The notes: generated from the letters alone by a model not told the origin. Shown: positions 19,317-29,092, counted from the stretch's first letter. The stretch: DNA of 64,000 bases from Oscillospiraceae bacterium (GCA_022508965.1 JAFLUD010000001.1:584-64583); one strand, 5' to 3'. Numbers and translations: made by a program.

Positions 19317-19856
19317 GTGGAAATTCCGAGAATACGCATTGAAGAGACCGACGATATCTGCGTGCTGATCTGTCACCTGATATACTCGCTCGGCTGTCCG
19401 CTGTCGAAAAGCCAGCTGATCGAGATCACTTCGCTTGAAGACGCGGTGAACTACTTCGATCTCACAAAGGCTCTCGAAAAGATCGGGCATCTGTGCGAGG
19501 AAACCGACGTTGACGGCGAGATATTCTACAATAACACGTCTTTGGGAATAAAAGCCGCGCGCGCTCTCGGAGCGACGCTTCCGCTGTCGGTACGCGACAA
19601 GATGTTCAAAGAAGCCGTCCGAGTGTATACCCGCGACGCAATGAAGAAAAAGGGAACGTTCCTTGCTGTGCGTTATATCAAGAACCCCGACGATACCTGC
19701 ACGGTAGGCGTCACGATAAATGACGAGAACACCGCGCAGCAAAAGTACTACCTCTCCCTTACCGTCGAAAACGAACAAGCCGCGGACGCACTAAAGCAAA
19801 AGTTAAAGTCCGACCCCAAAGCATTTGAAAAATACCTCGACGAATATTTCAAATAA
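19317..19856 (+). CDS. DUF4364-like protein
   Basis: GAGGTGA RBS with GTG start; LICHLI..PLSKSQL..VNYFDL winged-helix-like N-terminus. Confidence 0.7.
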   Translation: MEIPRIRIEETDDICVLICHLIYSLGCPLSKSQLIEITSLEDAVNYFDLTKALEKIGHLCEETDVDGEIFYNNTSLGIKAARALGATLPLSVRDKMFKEAVRVYTRDAMKKKGTFLAVRYIKNPDDTCTVGVTINDENTAQQKYYLSLTVENEQAADALKQKLKSDPKAFEKYLDEYFK

Positions 19857-19857
19857 G

Positions 19858-19897
19858 AAAATCCCCGAAGTACGCTCTGCCGTCTTCGGGGATTTTT
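19858..19897. terminator. Bidirectional intrinsic terminator
   Basis: AAAATCCCCGAAG / CTTCGGGGATTTT between convergent genes. Confidence 0.8.
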
Positions 19898-20264
19898 ATG
19901 TATATTTATTAATTTTATGCAGCAATTTTTTCTTCGCAATGACCTCTTTGGGATTTGCTTTATTTGTAAGAATTTTAATGCCTATGTTCATTATTCCGTC
20001 AATCTCCTGCTCTGTATAAACGTAATTTGCAGAGGTCGCATATTTCGGCTTCAGGTTTTCAGGCTTAAACTTATCTTTTATCTCGTTATAAAACTCTTTT
20101 CCAATATCGCTTTCAAGGTTGATTTCAATTTTTATGTCGTTAATGACTATACCGTCGTTTTCGTTTGTCTCGTTTATCAGCTTGTAGCCTTTTATGAGAC
20201 CTATTTCCCTATAAACATAGTGCCTGTACTCTGTATCAATTTGCTCCTTTGTGATCTTTTTCAC
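19896..20264 (-). CDS. Low-GC hypothetical protein
   Basis: 122-aa ORF, GAAAGGA RBS with GTG start, visibly more AT-rich than its neighbours. Confidence 0.65.
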   Translation of the reverse strand: MKKITKEQIDTEYRHYVYREIGLIKGYKLINETNENDGIVINDIKIEINLESDIGKEFYNEIKDKFKPENLKPKYATSANYVYTEQEIDGIMNIGIKILTNKANPKEVIAKKKLLHKINKYT

Positions 20265-20315
20265 AATGATTTCCTTTCATTTTTTAGATTCATAAAGTAT
20301 TAAAAAACAAAAAGA

Positions 20316-20378
20316 GAAAGTTTTTTGAAGGGGGTTTGGGGGTGACTTTTTTTCAAAAAAGTCACCCCCAAGAAAAAA
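20316..20378. repeat. REP-like hairpin element, copy 2
   Basis: GAAAGTTTTTTGAAGGGGGT leader then TTGGGGGTGACTTTTTT-TC-AAAAAAGTCACCCCCAA. Confidence 0.7.
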
Positions 20379-20807
20379 CTATTCCCCGCAGTGCTCGCAG
20401 TCGTGCATCTGAGCGAACTGCTCGGGATCGTATTCGATACCGTTCTTGTCGTAGTAATCCTTGACAGCCGCCTTCACAGCCTCCTCTGCGAGAACCGAGC
20501 AGTGGAGCTTATGCGCGGGCAGCCCGTCAAGCGCCTCAACGACAGCCTTGTTGGTAAGCTCGAGAGCCTGCGAGATCGGCTTCCCCTTGATCATCTCGGT
20601 AGCCATACTCGAGCTTGCGATAGCCGAGCCGCAGCCAAAGGTGCTGAATTTTACGTCGGTGATAACATCGTCCTCGATTTTGAGGAATATCTTCATAATA
20701 TCGCCGCACTTAGCGTTTCCGACCTCGCCTACGCCATCGGCATTGTCCATAGTTCCGACGTTGCGTGGATTGGTAAAATGATCCATAACCTTCTCACTGT
20801 ATAACAT
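20379..20807 (-). CDS. iscU: Fe-S cluster scaffold NifU/IscU
   Basis: YSEKVMDHF.NPRNVG, CGD, FGCGSAIAS, KLHCSVLA. Confidence 0.95.
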   Translation of the reverse strand: MLYSEKVMDHFTNPRNVGTMDNADGVGEVGNAKCGDIMKIFLKIEDDVITDVKFSTFGCGSAIASSSMATEMIKGKPISQALELTNKAVVEALDGLPAHKLHCSVLAEEAVKAAVKDYYDKNGIEYDPEQFAQMHDCEHCGE

Positions 20808-21987
20808 ATTGTCTCTTTCCCTCCTGCAGATCCTGCCAGATCGGTGACATACGGCGCAGATACTCCACAACCTCTTTCACCGATTTGATAATAAACTCCA
20901 TTTCCTCCGGAGAATTCTCCTCCGAAAGCGTCAGTCTCAGCGAACCGTGCGCCACCTCATGCGGTCTGCCGATAGCCAGCAGAACGTGCGACGGGTCAAG
21001 CGAACCCGAGGTACACGCCGATCCCGACGACGCGCAGATACCCTTAGCGTCGAGCAGCAGCAGCAAGCTCTCCCCCTCGATCCCCTCAAAGCACATATTC
21101 ACGCTTCCCGGGAGCCTGTTTGTTTTGGAACCGTTAAGGATCGAGTGCGGGATCTCCGCCAGCCCCTCGATAAGCCTGTCGCGCATTTTAATGAGCTTCG
21201 GCGTATTTTCGGGAATCTTCGCGACTGCCTCTTTCATAGCCGCAGCCATCGAGGAAATACCCGCGATATTTTCCGTACCCGCGCGGCGGCTGCGCTCCTG
21301 CGCTCCGCCCTCGATGAGAGTAGACGGAAACATTCCCTTGCGAACGTACAGCGCGCCCACGCCCTTAGGTCCGTGGAACTTGTGCGCCGAAAGCGACAGC
21401 ATATCACAGCCGATATCCTTGACATTCAGCGGAATATGCCCGACCGCCTGAACAGCGTCCGTATGGAACAGCACGCCCTTTTCCTTACATACAGCCGCGA
21501 TCTCTTTTATCGGCATAATAGTGCCGATCTCGTTGTTCGCCGCCATTATCGTCACCATTATAGTGTCCTCGCGGATAGCCTTGCGAACGTCCTCCGCGGA
21601 AACATACCCCTCGCCGTCCACGTCAAGCAGCGTAACCTCAAAGCCTTGCTTCTCCAGCTTTTTAAGCGCATGAAGAATAGCGTGGTGCTCTGTTTTCTGG
21701 GAAATAATGTGCTTCTTTCCCTTACGCGCCCCCAGATCGGCGGCGGTGATAAGCGCCTGATTGTCGGATTCGCTTCCGCCGGAGGTAAAGTATATCTCCT
21801 TAACGTCAGCACCCAGACACTCCGCAACCTCCTGCCGGGCCTTAACAAGAGCCTCCGCCGCAAGCTGTCCTACCGTGTGCAGCGAGGACGGATTCCCGTA
21901 GGTACCCTCCAAAAACGGCATCATAGCATCGATCGCTGTTTTTGACATCTTAGTAGTCGCAGCGTTATCAACGTATATCGTGTTCAT
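20794..21987 (-). CDS. iscS: Cysteine desulfurase NifS/IscS
   Basis: DNAATT, GNPSS, HTDAVQ, SAHKFHGPKG, SSGSACTS. Confidence 0.96.
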   Translation of the reverse strand: MNTIYVDNAATTKMSKTAIDAMMPFLEGTYGNPSSLHTVGQLAAEALVKARQEVAECLGADVKEIYFTSGGSESDNQALITAADLGARKGKKHIISQKTEHHAILHALKKLEKQGFEVTLLDVDGEGYVSAEDVRKAIREDTIMVTIMAANNEIGTIMPIKEIAAVCKEKGVLFHTDAVQAVGHIPLNVKDIGCDMLSLSAHKFHGPKGVGALYVRKGMFPSTLIEGGAQERSRRAGTENIAGISSMAAAMKEAVAKIPENTPKLIKMRDRLIEGLAEIPHSILNGSKTNRLPGSVNMCFEGIEGESLLLLLDAKGICASSGSACTSGSLDPSHVLLAIGRPHEVAHGSLRLTLSEENSPEEMEFIIKSVKEVVEYLRRMSPIWQDLQEGKRQYVIQ

Positions 21988-22083
21988 TAAATCACCTGAT
22001 TTCAACAATTTAAAAGTTGCTCCCAAGGCATTTTGAGAGCCCCGTTGCGCGTTATTTATACACGGTTAAACGCAACTAATAAT

Positions 22084-22121
22084 ATAATAGCACATAATTC
22101 CCAAAAAGTCAATAGAAAATT
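22084..22121 (-). promoter_or_regulatory. Sigma-A promoter of iscS-iscU with possible Rrf2-type operator over the -35
   Basis: TTGACT-17-TATTAT with extended TG; imperfect dyad AATTCCCA..TAGAAAATT spans the -35. Confidence 0.55.
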
Positions 22122-22157
22122 TGTAAAACAAACCCAATTTGATATTGATTATCATTT

Positions 22158-22712
22158 TCACTCTGTATAAATTACAGTTTTAAAGGAATAATCATCTTTA
22201 ATCGAGATCAAGCGCTCCCGCTGCTCGTCGGTGAGCTTCCGAGCGTCGATCATAAAACCGTCAATTTCTCGTATAGCGTTAAGCTTCTCCAGCGCGGAAT
22301 AATCGTCCGTGAAATAATCGGTGCTGAAATGATTCCCTCGCTTGGCGAAATAATACCTGTCGTCTTTGCTTTTAATTATAAAATAATCACGGTCTCTCCT
22401 ATAAATAACATCTTGTGAAGATAAGAAAAACTCCACACAGAAATCAAAAAAATCCTCCGTCCGACCGTTGTACGTTATATAGAATTCATATCCGCTGTCA
22501 TGGTTGCCTTGAAAACGTGCACTTTTTGGGGTAAATAATCCGTCATATTCTTCAAATATGTCGCTCAGATTATTTTCCAACACCCCATAGGCGGCACGGT
22601 TGTTCACACAATGAGCATATTGGACACAGCCTAAAGGAGTACCATATATAACAATAATTAATACAAGAGCGAGAACCACATCTTTGATTACTCTCTTCTT
22701 TTTATAATTCAT
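22158..22712 (-). CDS. Hypothetical membrane-anchored protein, low GC
   Basis: GAGGT RBS before ATG 22712; basic N-terminus plus one TM helix. Confidence 0.65.
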   Translation of the reverse strand: MNYKKKRVIKDVVLALVLIIVIYGTPLGCVQYAHCVNNRAAYGVLENNLSDIFEEYDGLFTPKSARFQGNHDSGYEFYITYNGRTEDFFDFCVEFFLSSQDVIYRRDRDYFIIKSKDDRYYFAKRGNHFSTDYFTDDYSALEKLNAIREIDGFMIDARKLTDEQRERLISIKDDYSFKTVIYTE

Positions 22713-22720
22713 AGAATACC

Positions 22721-23191
22721 TCAGCTGTTCTCCCGAATAAACTCCTCCAGGATCCTCGCCGCCGAGCGGCACAGCTCGGGACAGGGACGCTTTTTGTAGT
22801 ATTCGGGAGTGCGCGGCTCCGGCGCGGCGGAATCCTCCATTCTGTCAAGCCCCAGCAGCTCGCGGCAGATGATGCTGCCGTTCTCGGACTTAAAACGCTT
22901 GGCAACCTCGCGGATCTTCTCATAAAGAGCCTTTTTAGCGTTGACGTCCTTCGGGTCGGAATACCCGTACAAAGCGCTCAACACCATCACGACCCCCGAG
23001 AAAGTCCCGCAGACCTCTCTCATTCTGCCGATACCGCCGCCAAAGCCGCCCGACAGCCGCGCGGCGGTCTGCTCGTCAAGCCCCAGCTCCTCCGCGAACG
23101 CCACAGCAACCGCCTGCGTGCAGTTATAGCCTTTCAGAAAATTCTCGTATGCTCTGTCGCCCTTATTAGTCTCATTCATCATTGTGTTCAT
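22721..23191 (-). CDS. C-GCAxxG-C-C family putative redox-active protein
   Basis: YNCTQAV, GFGGGIG..EVCG, IICRELL, CPELC; exact start uncertain. Confidence 0.85.
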   Translation of the reverse strand: MNTMMNETNKGDRAYENFLKGYNCTQAVAVAFAEELGLDEQTAARLSGGFGGGIGRMREVCGTFSGVVMVLSALYGYSDPKDVNAKKALYEKIREVAKRFKSENGSIICRELLGLDRMEDSAAPEPRTPEYYKKRPCPELCRSAARILEEFIRENS

Positions 23192-23588
23192 TAAAAAGCA
23201 TTACGCTTGTATCCGACTGCTCCGTAAAGCCTTGCTTTTCGTAGAATCCGACAAGCTCTTTATGTTCAGCCACCAGAAAGAAGTGGTGATATCCCCTGTA
23301 CCTTTTCCTCATAAGCTCCAGAAGCCTTGTCGCGATCCCCTGCCCCTGATAATCCGGATCAACAAGCAGATAATGCACATAAGCCGTCATTTCTCCGTCG
23401 TCAATACCGTTTGCAAGCCCGACGAGCTTCTCACCGTCCCATGCCGAAAACACCGCGCCGCAGTTATCAAGCGCCTTTTTCAGCCTTTCGGGGAACTTTC
23501 CGCTTTCCCAATCAACAGAGAGAAATAGCCTTTCAAGCTGTTCGGCGGTAAAAGAGCGTTCTTCCGTGTAAAGAATACTCACCTGCAA
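23172..23588 (-). CDS. GNAT-family N-acetyltransferase
   Basis: LLVDPDYQGQGIA and FYEKQGF motifs. Confidence 0.88.
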   Translation of the reverse strand: MQVSILYTEERSFTAEQLERLFLSVDWESGKFPERLKKALDNCGAVFSAWDGEKLVGLANGIDDGEMTAYVHYLLVDPDYQGQGIATRLLELMRKRYRGYHHFFLVAEHKELVGFYEKQGFTEQSDTSVMLFNEHNDE

Positions 23589-24406
23589 AACTCCTCAACC
23601 GCGTCTGCGATAGGCTCGGCGGCGTCCGATTCGGTAAGCTCCAGCAGCCCGCTGTCCACAAGCCTCGCAAGCTCCGGGTCGATAGGCAGCTTCGCCAGAA
23701 CCTTCAACCCGAACTTAGTGGCGGTATCGTCGATGTGGCTCTCCCCAAAGACGTTTATATGCTTTCCGCAGTCGGGACAAAGCGCGTAGCTCATATTCTC
23801 CACCAGTCCGATAATAGGAACGTTCATCATATTCGCCATCTTGACCGCCTTTCCGACGATCATAGAAACCAGCTCCTGCGGCGAGGTAACGACGATGATC
23901 CCGTCCAGCGGTATCGACTGGAACACCGTCAGCGGAACGTCACCCGTTCCCGGCGGCATATCCACAAACATATAATCCACGTCGTCCCAGATAACGTCCG
24001 TCCAGAACTGCTTTGCCGTTCCCGCAATAATCGGACCGCGCCAGATGACAGGCTCGGTATCGTCGCGCAGCAGCAGATTCACCGACATTATCTTGATCCC
24101 CTTTTTGGTTATTACGGGGAATATAGAGGTCTCGTCGCCCTTTGCTTTCTCCTTTATCCCAAACGCCTTGGGAACCGACGGCCCCGTGATATCCGCGTCG
24201 AGAACGGCGGTCTTAAAGCCGCGCCTGTTCATCAAAACAGCCGAAAGACAGGTAATCATAGACTTTCCGACGCCGCCCTTGCCGCTTACAACACCGATTA
24301 CCTTTTTAATATCGGAAAGCGCGTGAGGCTTTTCGATAAGGCTCTCCGGCTGCCTCTCCGAGCAGCTCGCGGAACAGCTTCCGCAGTCGTGCGTACATTC
24401 ACTCAT
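23579..24406 (-). CDS. apbC: Mrp/NBP35 (ApbC) Fe-S carrier ATPase
   Basis: SGKGGVGKS, DADITGPS, DMPPGTGD, ENMS..CPDC. Confidence 0.92.
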   Translation of the reverse strand: MSECTHDCGSCSASCSERQPESLIEKPHALSDIKKVIGVVSGKGGVGKSMITCLSAVLMNRRGFKTAVLDADITGPSVPKAFGIKEKAKGDETSIFPVITKKGIKIMSVNLLLRDDTEPVIWRGPIIAGTAKQFWTDVIWDDVDYMFVDMPPGTGDVPLTVFQSIPLDGIIVVTSPQELVSMIVGKAVKMANMMNVPIIGLVENMSYALCPDCGKHINVFGESHIDDTATKFGLKVLAKLPIDPELARLVDSGLLELTESDAAEPIADAVEEFCR

Positions 24407-24445
24407 AACAATACTTCCTTTCAGAATACAGAAAATTAAGAATTA

Positions 24446-25603
24446 TCAGACGATCGTTTTGCAAAAGCTCTCACCGTCGACCTTCCCCGAAACCCCGAGC
24501 AGGTCTAAAACGGAGGCTCCGATATCGCCGAAGCAGTCTCTCGTGCCCAGATCAGCGGGCTTCAGCGTTTTTCCGTACACCAGCACGGGAATATGCTCGC
24601 GCGTGTGATCGGTGCCGCTGTGACAGGGGTCGCAGCCGTGATCGGCAGTGATGATAAGCGCGTCGTCTGGGAGCATTTTGCTCATAAAATCCCCCAGCCA
24701 CCTGTCGAAATCGTTAAGCGCCGCGGCATAGCCCTCCGGGTCGCGCCTGTGTCCGAACTGCATATCGAAATCCACGAGATTGGTAAAGCAAAGCCCGTTC
24801 CAGTCCTTTTCAAAATAGCCGTCCGTCGCTTTCATATCGGCGTTGTTCCCGATAACCCTGTCGCAGAGAGTAATTCCCTTCCCCGCGAAGATATCGTAAA
24901 TTTTTCCGATCCCAATAACATCTTTCCCGTTTTTTTGAAGAATATCAAGCGCGGTGTCCTTTGGCGGAACAAGCGAGAAATCATGCCGCCGCGAGGTACG
25001 CCTGAACGGATGCTCGCCCTCAAACGGACGCGCGATAACTCTGCCCACCGCAAAGTCTCCCGTAAGCATTTCACGCGCGATCTCGCAGTATTTATACAGC
25101 TTTTCCACAGGCACCACGTCCTCGTGCGCGGCGATCTGAAAAACGCTGTCCGCGGAGGTGTAGACGATAAGCGCGCCTGTTTTTATATGCTCAACGCCAT
25201 AGTCCGCGATGACCTTGGTTCCCGAGTACGGCAGATTGCAGAGAACCTTCCGTCCCGTCGCTTTCTCGAACTTCTCAATAATTTCGGGCGGAAATCCGTT
25301 CGGAAACGTCGGGAACGCCTTTTCGGAAACGCACCCCGCTATTTCCCAATGCCCCGTAGTGGTATCCTTGCCCTTAGACCTCTCGGAGATACGCATATAC
25401 GCGCCGATTGGAGCGGCTTCTTTCTCGCCAACCGTAACCCCGTCGATATTGAACAGCCCCAGCTTTTTCATATTGGGAACGTCCAGATGCCCCGTATTGA
25501 AGCAGGAGCGTAGCGTGTCCGCGCCCTTATCGCCGAAATCGGCGGCGTCCGCCATTTCCCCCACGCCAAAGCTGTCCAGAACTATCAAAAACACTCGTTT
25601 CAT
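24446..25603 (-). CDS. deoB: Phosphopentomutase
   Basis: IVLDSFGVG, GKDTTTGHWE, YTSADSVFQIAAHE, GRVIARPF, TADHGCDP. Confidence 0.96.
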   Translation of the reverse strand: MKRVFLIVLDSFGVGEMADAADFGDKGADTLRSCFNTGHLDVPNMKKLGLFNIDGVTVGEKEAAPIGAYMRISERSKGKDTTTGHWEIAGCVSEKAFPTFPNGFPPEIIEKFEKATGRKVLCNLPYSGTKVIADYGVEHIKTGALIVYTSADSVFQIAAHEDVVPVEKLYKYCEIAREMLTGDFAVGRVIARPFEGEHPFRRTSRRHDFSLVPPKDTALDILQKNGKDVIGIGKIYDIFAGKGITLCDRVIGNNADMKATDGYFEKDWNGLCFTNLVDFDMQFGHRRDPEGYAAALNDFDRWLGDFMSKMLPDDALIITADHGCDPCHSGTDHTREHIPVLVYGKTLKPADLGTRDCFGDIGASVLDLLGVSGKVDGESFCKTIV

Positions 25604-25607
25604 ATTA

Positions 25608-26258
25608 TTATTCCTCCTCGACGGAAATAGAAGCGGCGGAGCTTGTGCCTATCCTCCCGCAGCCCTCTTTCAGAAACTCCTCAATATCGGCTTTGGTTTT
25701 AATGCCACCCGCCGCCTTTATTTTAACATTCTCGCCGATGTGATCTTTAAACAGCCGGATATCCTCAAGCGTTGCCCCCGCCGAGCCAAAGCCCGTCGAT
25801 GTCTTGATGAAATCCGCGCCCGCCTCGGTAACGCACCCGCAAAGCGCGATCTTCTCCTCATCGGTAAGATAGCAGGTCTCGATTATAACTTTAAGGAGCT
25901 TTCCGCCGCAGGCGCGCTTTACTTCGGCGATCTCTTTTGTAATTTCGGGGAATCTCCCATCCTTAGCCCATCCGATGTTGATGACCATATCTATCTCATC
26001 CGCGCCGTTTTGCACCGCGTCGCGAGCCTCAAAGCACTTCACCTCGGTAGTGGAATACCCCAGCGGAAACCCTATAACCGTGCAGATCTTAAGCTCGGGG
26101 AACTCCCCGCGCACCTGATTTACATAGCTCGCGGGAATACAAACGCTCGCCGTACCGAACGCGCACGCCTCCTCGCACAGCCTGCGTATCTGTTCGGCGG
26201 TAGCCGTCGCGCGAAGCAGCGTGTGGTCAATAAACGGAAATATCTCGGAGTTTTTCAT
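25608..26258 (-). CDS. deoC: Deoxyribose-phosphate aldolase
   Basis: IDHTLL, VIGFPLG, KVIIET, FIKTSTGF, KAAGGI, RIGTS. Confidence 0.96.
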   Translation of the reverse strand: MKNSEIFPFIDHTLLRATATAEQIRRLCEEACAFGTASVCIPASYVNQVRGEFPELKICTVIGFPLGYSTTEVKCFEARDAVQNGADEIDMVINIGWAKDGRFPEITKEIAEVKRACGGKLLKVIIETCYLTDEEKIALCGCVTEAGADFIKTSTGFGSAGATLEDIRLFKDHIGENVKIKAAGGIKTKADIEEFLKEGCGRIGTSSAASISVEEE

Positions 26259-26267
26259 AAATTCACC

Positions 26268-29063
26268 TTATTTGAACAATCTAAAGGATTTAAGACACAT
26301 GATAGCGTCCGCCTCAAATTTCAGTTTAAAACAGCCGTGCAGCTCGCCGAAATCGGCGGTGACAGCCGTAAACCTGTTAAACGCTCCCGTCTGCGGGATC
26401 TCCAAAGTCGCGAGAACCGCGCCGTTATCCGCGCGCGAAACCTCGATCTTCGTCTTTTGGGAGGGATTGGAAACTATGATCTCTATCTTATCCTCGCCGT
26501 TCAGAATACAGTTTTCAAAGATAATGTTACCGCCGTATTTTTCAAACAGTGCGTATTCGTTAAGAGACTTATCCGTGCAAAATTCCGCCTCGGAGTATTC
26601 CCACGAAGCCGCCGCGGGAACAGGCTTTGTTACGTCGATCCCCTCATAATCCTCGCCGCTCACCTGAATTTCACAGGTTCTCAGAATATCCGCCGACGAA
26701 GCTCCCGCCTGAAGCTCGTAAATTCCGCCGAAAAGCGTGAACTTACCCGTATTGATATCCCACAGCCTAAGCTCGTCAACAGCAAAGGACAGGGTTATCT
26801 CCGCGCTCTCTCCGCTCGGAATATGAATTCTTCTGAACGCCACAAGCTCCTTTTTGGGAATCGCGCTCGAAAATCTCGGCGCCGCGGCATAAAGCTGAAC
26901 CACCTCGTCCGAATCGCGGTTTCCGATATTGCTGACCTCGAGAGTTACCTCCACACGCTCTCCCTCGGAGAAGGTGTTTTTGTTAAGCCGAAGCGCGCTG
27001 TATCGAAACGCCGTGTAGCTAAGCCCGTGTCCAAACGGAAACGCCGCTATGCCGTTGTAATACCGATATGTGCTTTCTGTGCGGATTATGTTATAATCCT
27101 TGATATCGCAAAGCTCATTTTCGGAGGAATACCAGGTGATCGGGCATCTTCCCGCCGGCGAGAGATCCCCGAACAGCGCCCGAGCGACAGCTGTTCCCAT
27201 AGCGGGACCCGCGTGCGGCGAGTGCATCACAGCCGCGAACCTGTTGTCGATGGCATACGGATAACCCGAGATCAGAAACATCACCGCGTCTCCGTTAAGC
27301 TCCAGCACCGCGTCCGCGATAGCCTGCTGCCTTTCCGGGAGCCTCAGATGCTTTCTGTCAAAGCATTCTCTCGCGCCCACCAGAGGATTATTCCCGCAGA
27401 AAACGACAACGTTGTGCGATTCGGTCGCAACCCTGCGAACTCTCTCCAAGCCCGACGAGAATATCTCAATATCGAACAGCGAGTTCTTTCTCGGTTTTGG
27501 GCTGTCCCCCGCGGCGATAGAACCGTTTTCGGTAATATGCATAAACTTTCCGCGGCAGTTTTTGAGCATACATTCCCGCCCGTTTTTGATAAGCGTGAAT
27601 TTCTCTTTTACAAACCACCCATAAACCGTATCCGAGCAGCTTTTAACGATATCGCAGTCCCCGAGGAACTTCCCCGAATGCTTGGATTTAAGGGAAATCT
27701 CCCCGTCGCCCCATTCATAAAGCTCCAGTAAGCACCGCTCGTTGATAAGCGGAGCGTCGCACACCAGCACGCCCTCGTCGTTCACCGCGAAATAAAATCC
27801 CGTAGCGGAGTTTCTTAGAGCGATAATATCGTTTCCCGATTCGTAAGTAACGTTTTCCCTGCCGACCATAGCGACGATAGCGTCCAGTATGGTGGAATTT
27901 CTGTCGGAGCTTCCCGTATACCAGTCGCGGAAATTCATATCCGCGTGAACGCCGATGACCGAGACGCGTTCCCTCTTGCTGAACGGCAGCACCAACCGCC
28001 TGTTCCTCAAAAGAATAAGGGATTCCTCCGCGGCTTTTACCGCGATCTCATAGCTCTTGTCGCTGCAAAGCTCGCTCTCAGGAATATTGTTATACGGACA
28101 GTCGCTGTCGAATTCCCCAAGCAAAAACCGTGCTTTAAGCGCGCCGAACAAAGCCCTGTCGATGTCCTCCTCGGAGATCGCGCCCTGCCCCAGTGCCTCG
28201 CGAACAGCCGCCTCAACGACCTCATAGTCGTCGTTGATAATATCCGCGCCGCCGTTTTTGTAGGTGCGCGCGATAGCGTCCGCGTGGTTGACATCGGTCT
28301 TGTGACGGGTGACGTTCTCAACAAAATCCCACAGATCGGTAACGGAAAACAGCATCCCCCATTCCTTTTTGCAAAGCTCCGTAAGCTCGGGATTGCACAT
28401 CGCCTCAACGCCGTTTATCTCATTATACGAAGTCATGACGCTCAAAGCGCCGCCTTTTTTGAATGCCCTTTCAAACGGCTTCAAATAATAATCGTGCTTT
28501 AAAGCTATGGGAATAGACGCGTTGTCGCAGGTCCTGTCCTCCTCGTTGTTGTTGGCGTAAAAATGCTTCAGTGTGGGAATAACACGCGCATATTTTTCAT
28601 CGGCACCGTACATTCCCTTAGTAAACGCCGCTGCCAATTTTCCCGTAAGCAGAGGATCCTCGCCGTAGCCCTCTTCGGTCCTTCCCCAGCGCGGATCGCG
28701 CTCTAAGTCAACCGTTGGCGCCCACAAGAACAATGACGCCATCTTCTTTTGGTGATATATCCTCGCCTCGTTTGCGGTAACCGTTCCCATAGCGTGCATT
28801 ACCTCGGGATCAAACGTAGCCGCAAGCCCGAACGGCTCCGGGAAAACGGTACTCGGCGCCTCCCCGAATCTTACCTCGTCGCGCATTTCGCTTCGGCAGA
28901 CAAGCCCTCTCGCGGCCTCGCTTCCGATGACCGCCGCATTTATTCCGAGACGCGGGATCTCCCGCTGACGGGTGGTAATAAGAAGCAGCTTCTCGTCGAG
29001 CGTAAGCTCCTTCAAAAGCGCCGAAACGCGCTCGTCAAACGAAAGCGAAGTATCCTTAAACAT
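26268..29063 (-). CDS. GH3 beta-glucosidase/xylosidase with inserted beta-trefoil-like domain, Fn3 and C-terminal CBM6-like domain
   Basis: RDPRWGRTEEGYGEDP, KHF, SYN..NG, FPFGHGLSY, DEVVQLY; GGGAGG RBS before ATG 29063; no signal peptide. Confidence 0.9.
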   Translation of the reverse strand: MFKDTSLSFDERVSALLKELTLDEKLLLITTRQREIPRLGINAAVIGSEAARGLVCRSEMRDEVRFGEAPSTVFPEPFGLAATFDPEVMHAMGTVTANEARIYHQKKMASLFLWAPTVDLERDPRWGRTEEGYGEDPLLTGKLAAAFTKGMYGADEKYARVIPTLKHFYANNNEEDRTCDNASIPIALKHDYYLKPFERAFKKGGALSVMTSYNEINGVEAMCNPELTELCKKEWGMLFSVTDLWDFVENVTRHKTDVNHADAIARTYKNGGADIINDDYEVVEAAVREALGQGAISEEDIDRALFGALKARFLLGEFDSDCPYNNIPESELCSDKSYEIAVKAAEESLILLRNRRLVLPFSKRERVSVIGVHADMNFRDWYTGSSDRNSTILDAIVAMVGRENVTYESGNDIIALRNSATGFYFAVNDEGVLVCDAPLINERCLLELYEWGDGEISLKSKHSGKFLGDCDIVKSCSDTVYGWFVKEKFTLIKNGRECMLKNCRGKFMHITENGSIAAGDSPKPRKNSLFDIEIFSSGLERVRRVATESHNVVVFCGNNPLVGARECFDRKHLRLPERQQAIADAVLELNGDAVMFLISGYPYAIDNRFAAVMHSPHAGPAMGTAVARALFGDLSPAGRCPITWYSSENELCDIKDYNIIRTESTYRYYNGIAAFPFGHGLSYTAFRYSALRLNKNTFSEGERVEVTLEVSNIGNRDSDEVVQLYAAAPRFSSAIPKKELVAFRRIHIPSGESAEITLSFAVDELRLWDINTGKFTLFGGIYELQAGASSADILRTCEIQVSGEDYEGIDVTKPVPAAASWEYSEAEFCTDKSLNEYALFEKYGGNIIFENCILNGEDKIEIIVSNPSQKTKIEVSRADNGAVLATLEIPQTGAFNRFTAVTADFGELHGCFKLKFEADAIMCLKSFRLFK

Positions 29064-29092
29064 AAATTCCTCCCTCTGCGAACTTTCTGAAG

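Noticed and set aside
25209-27731. 840-aa plus-strand ORF
   Set aside because: Antisense to deoB, deoC and GH3, which carry clear motifs
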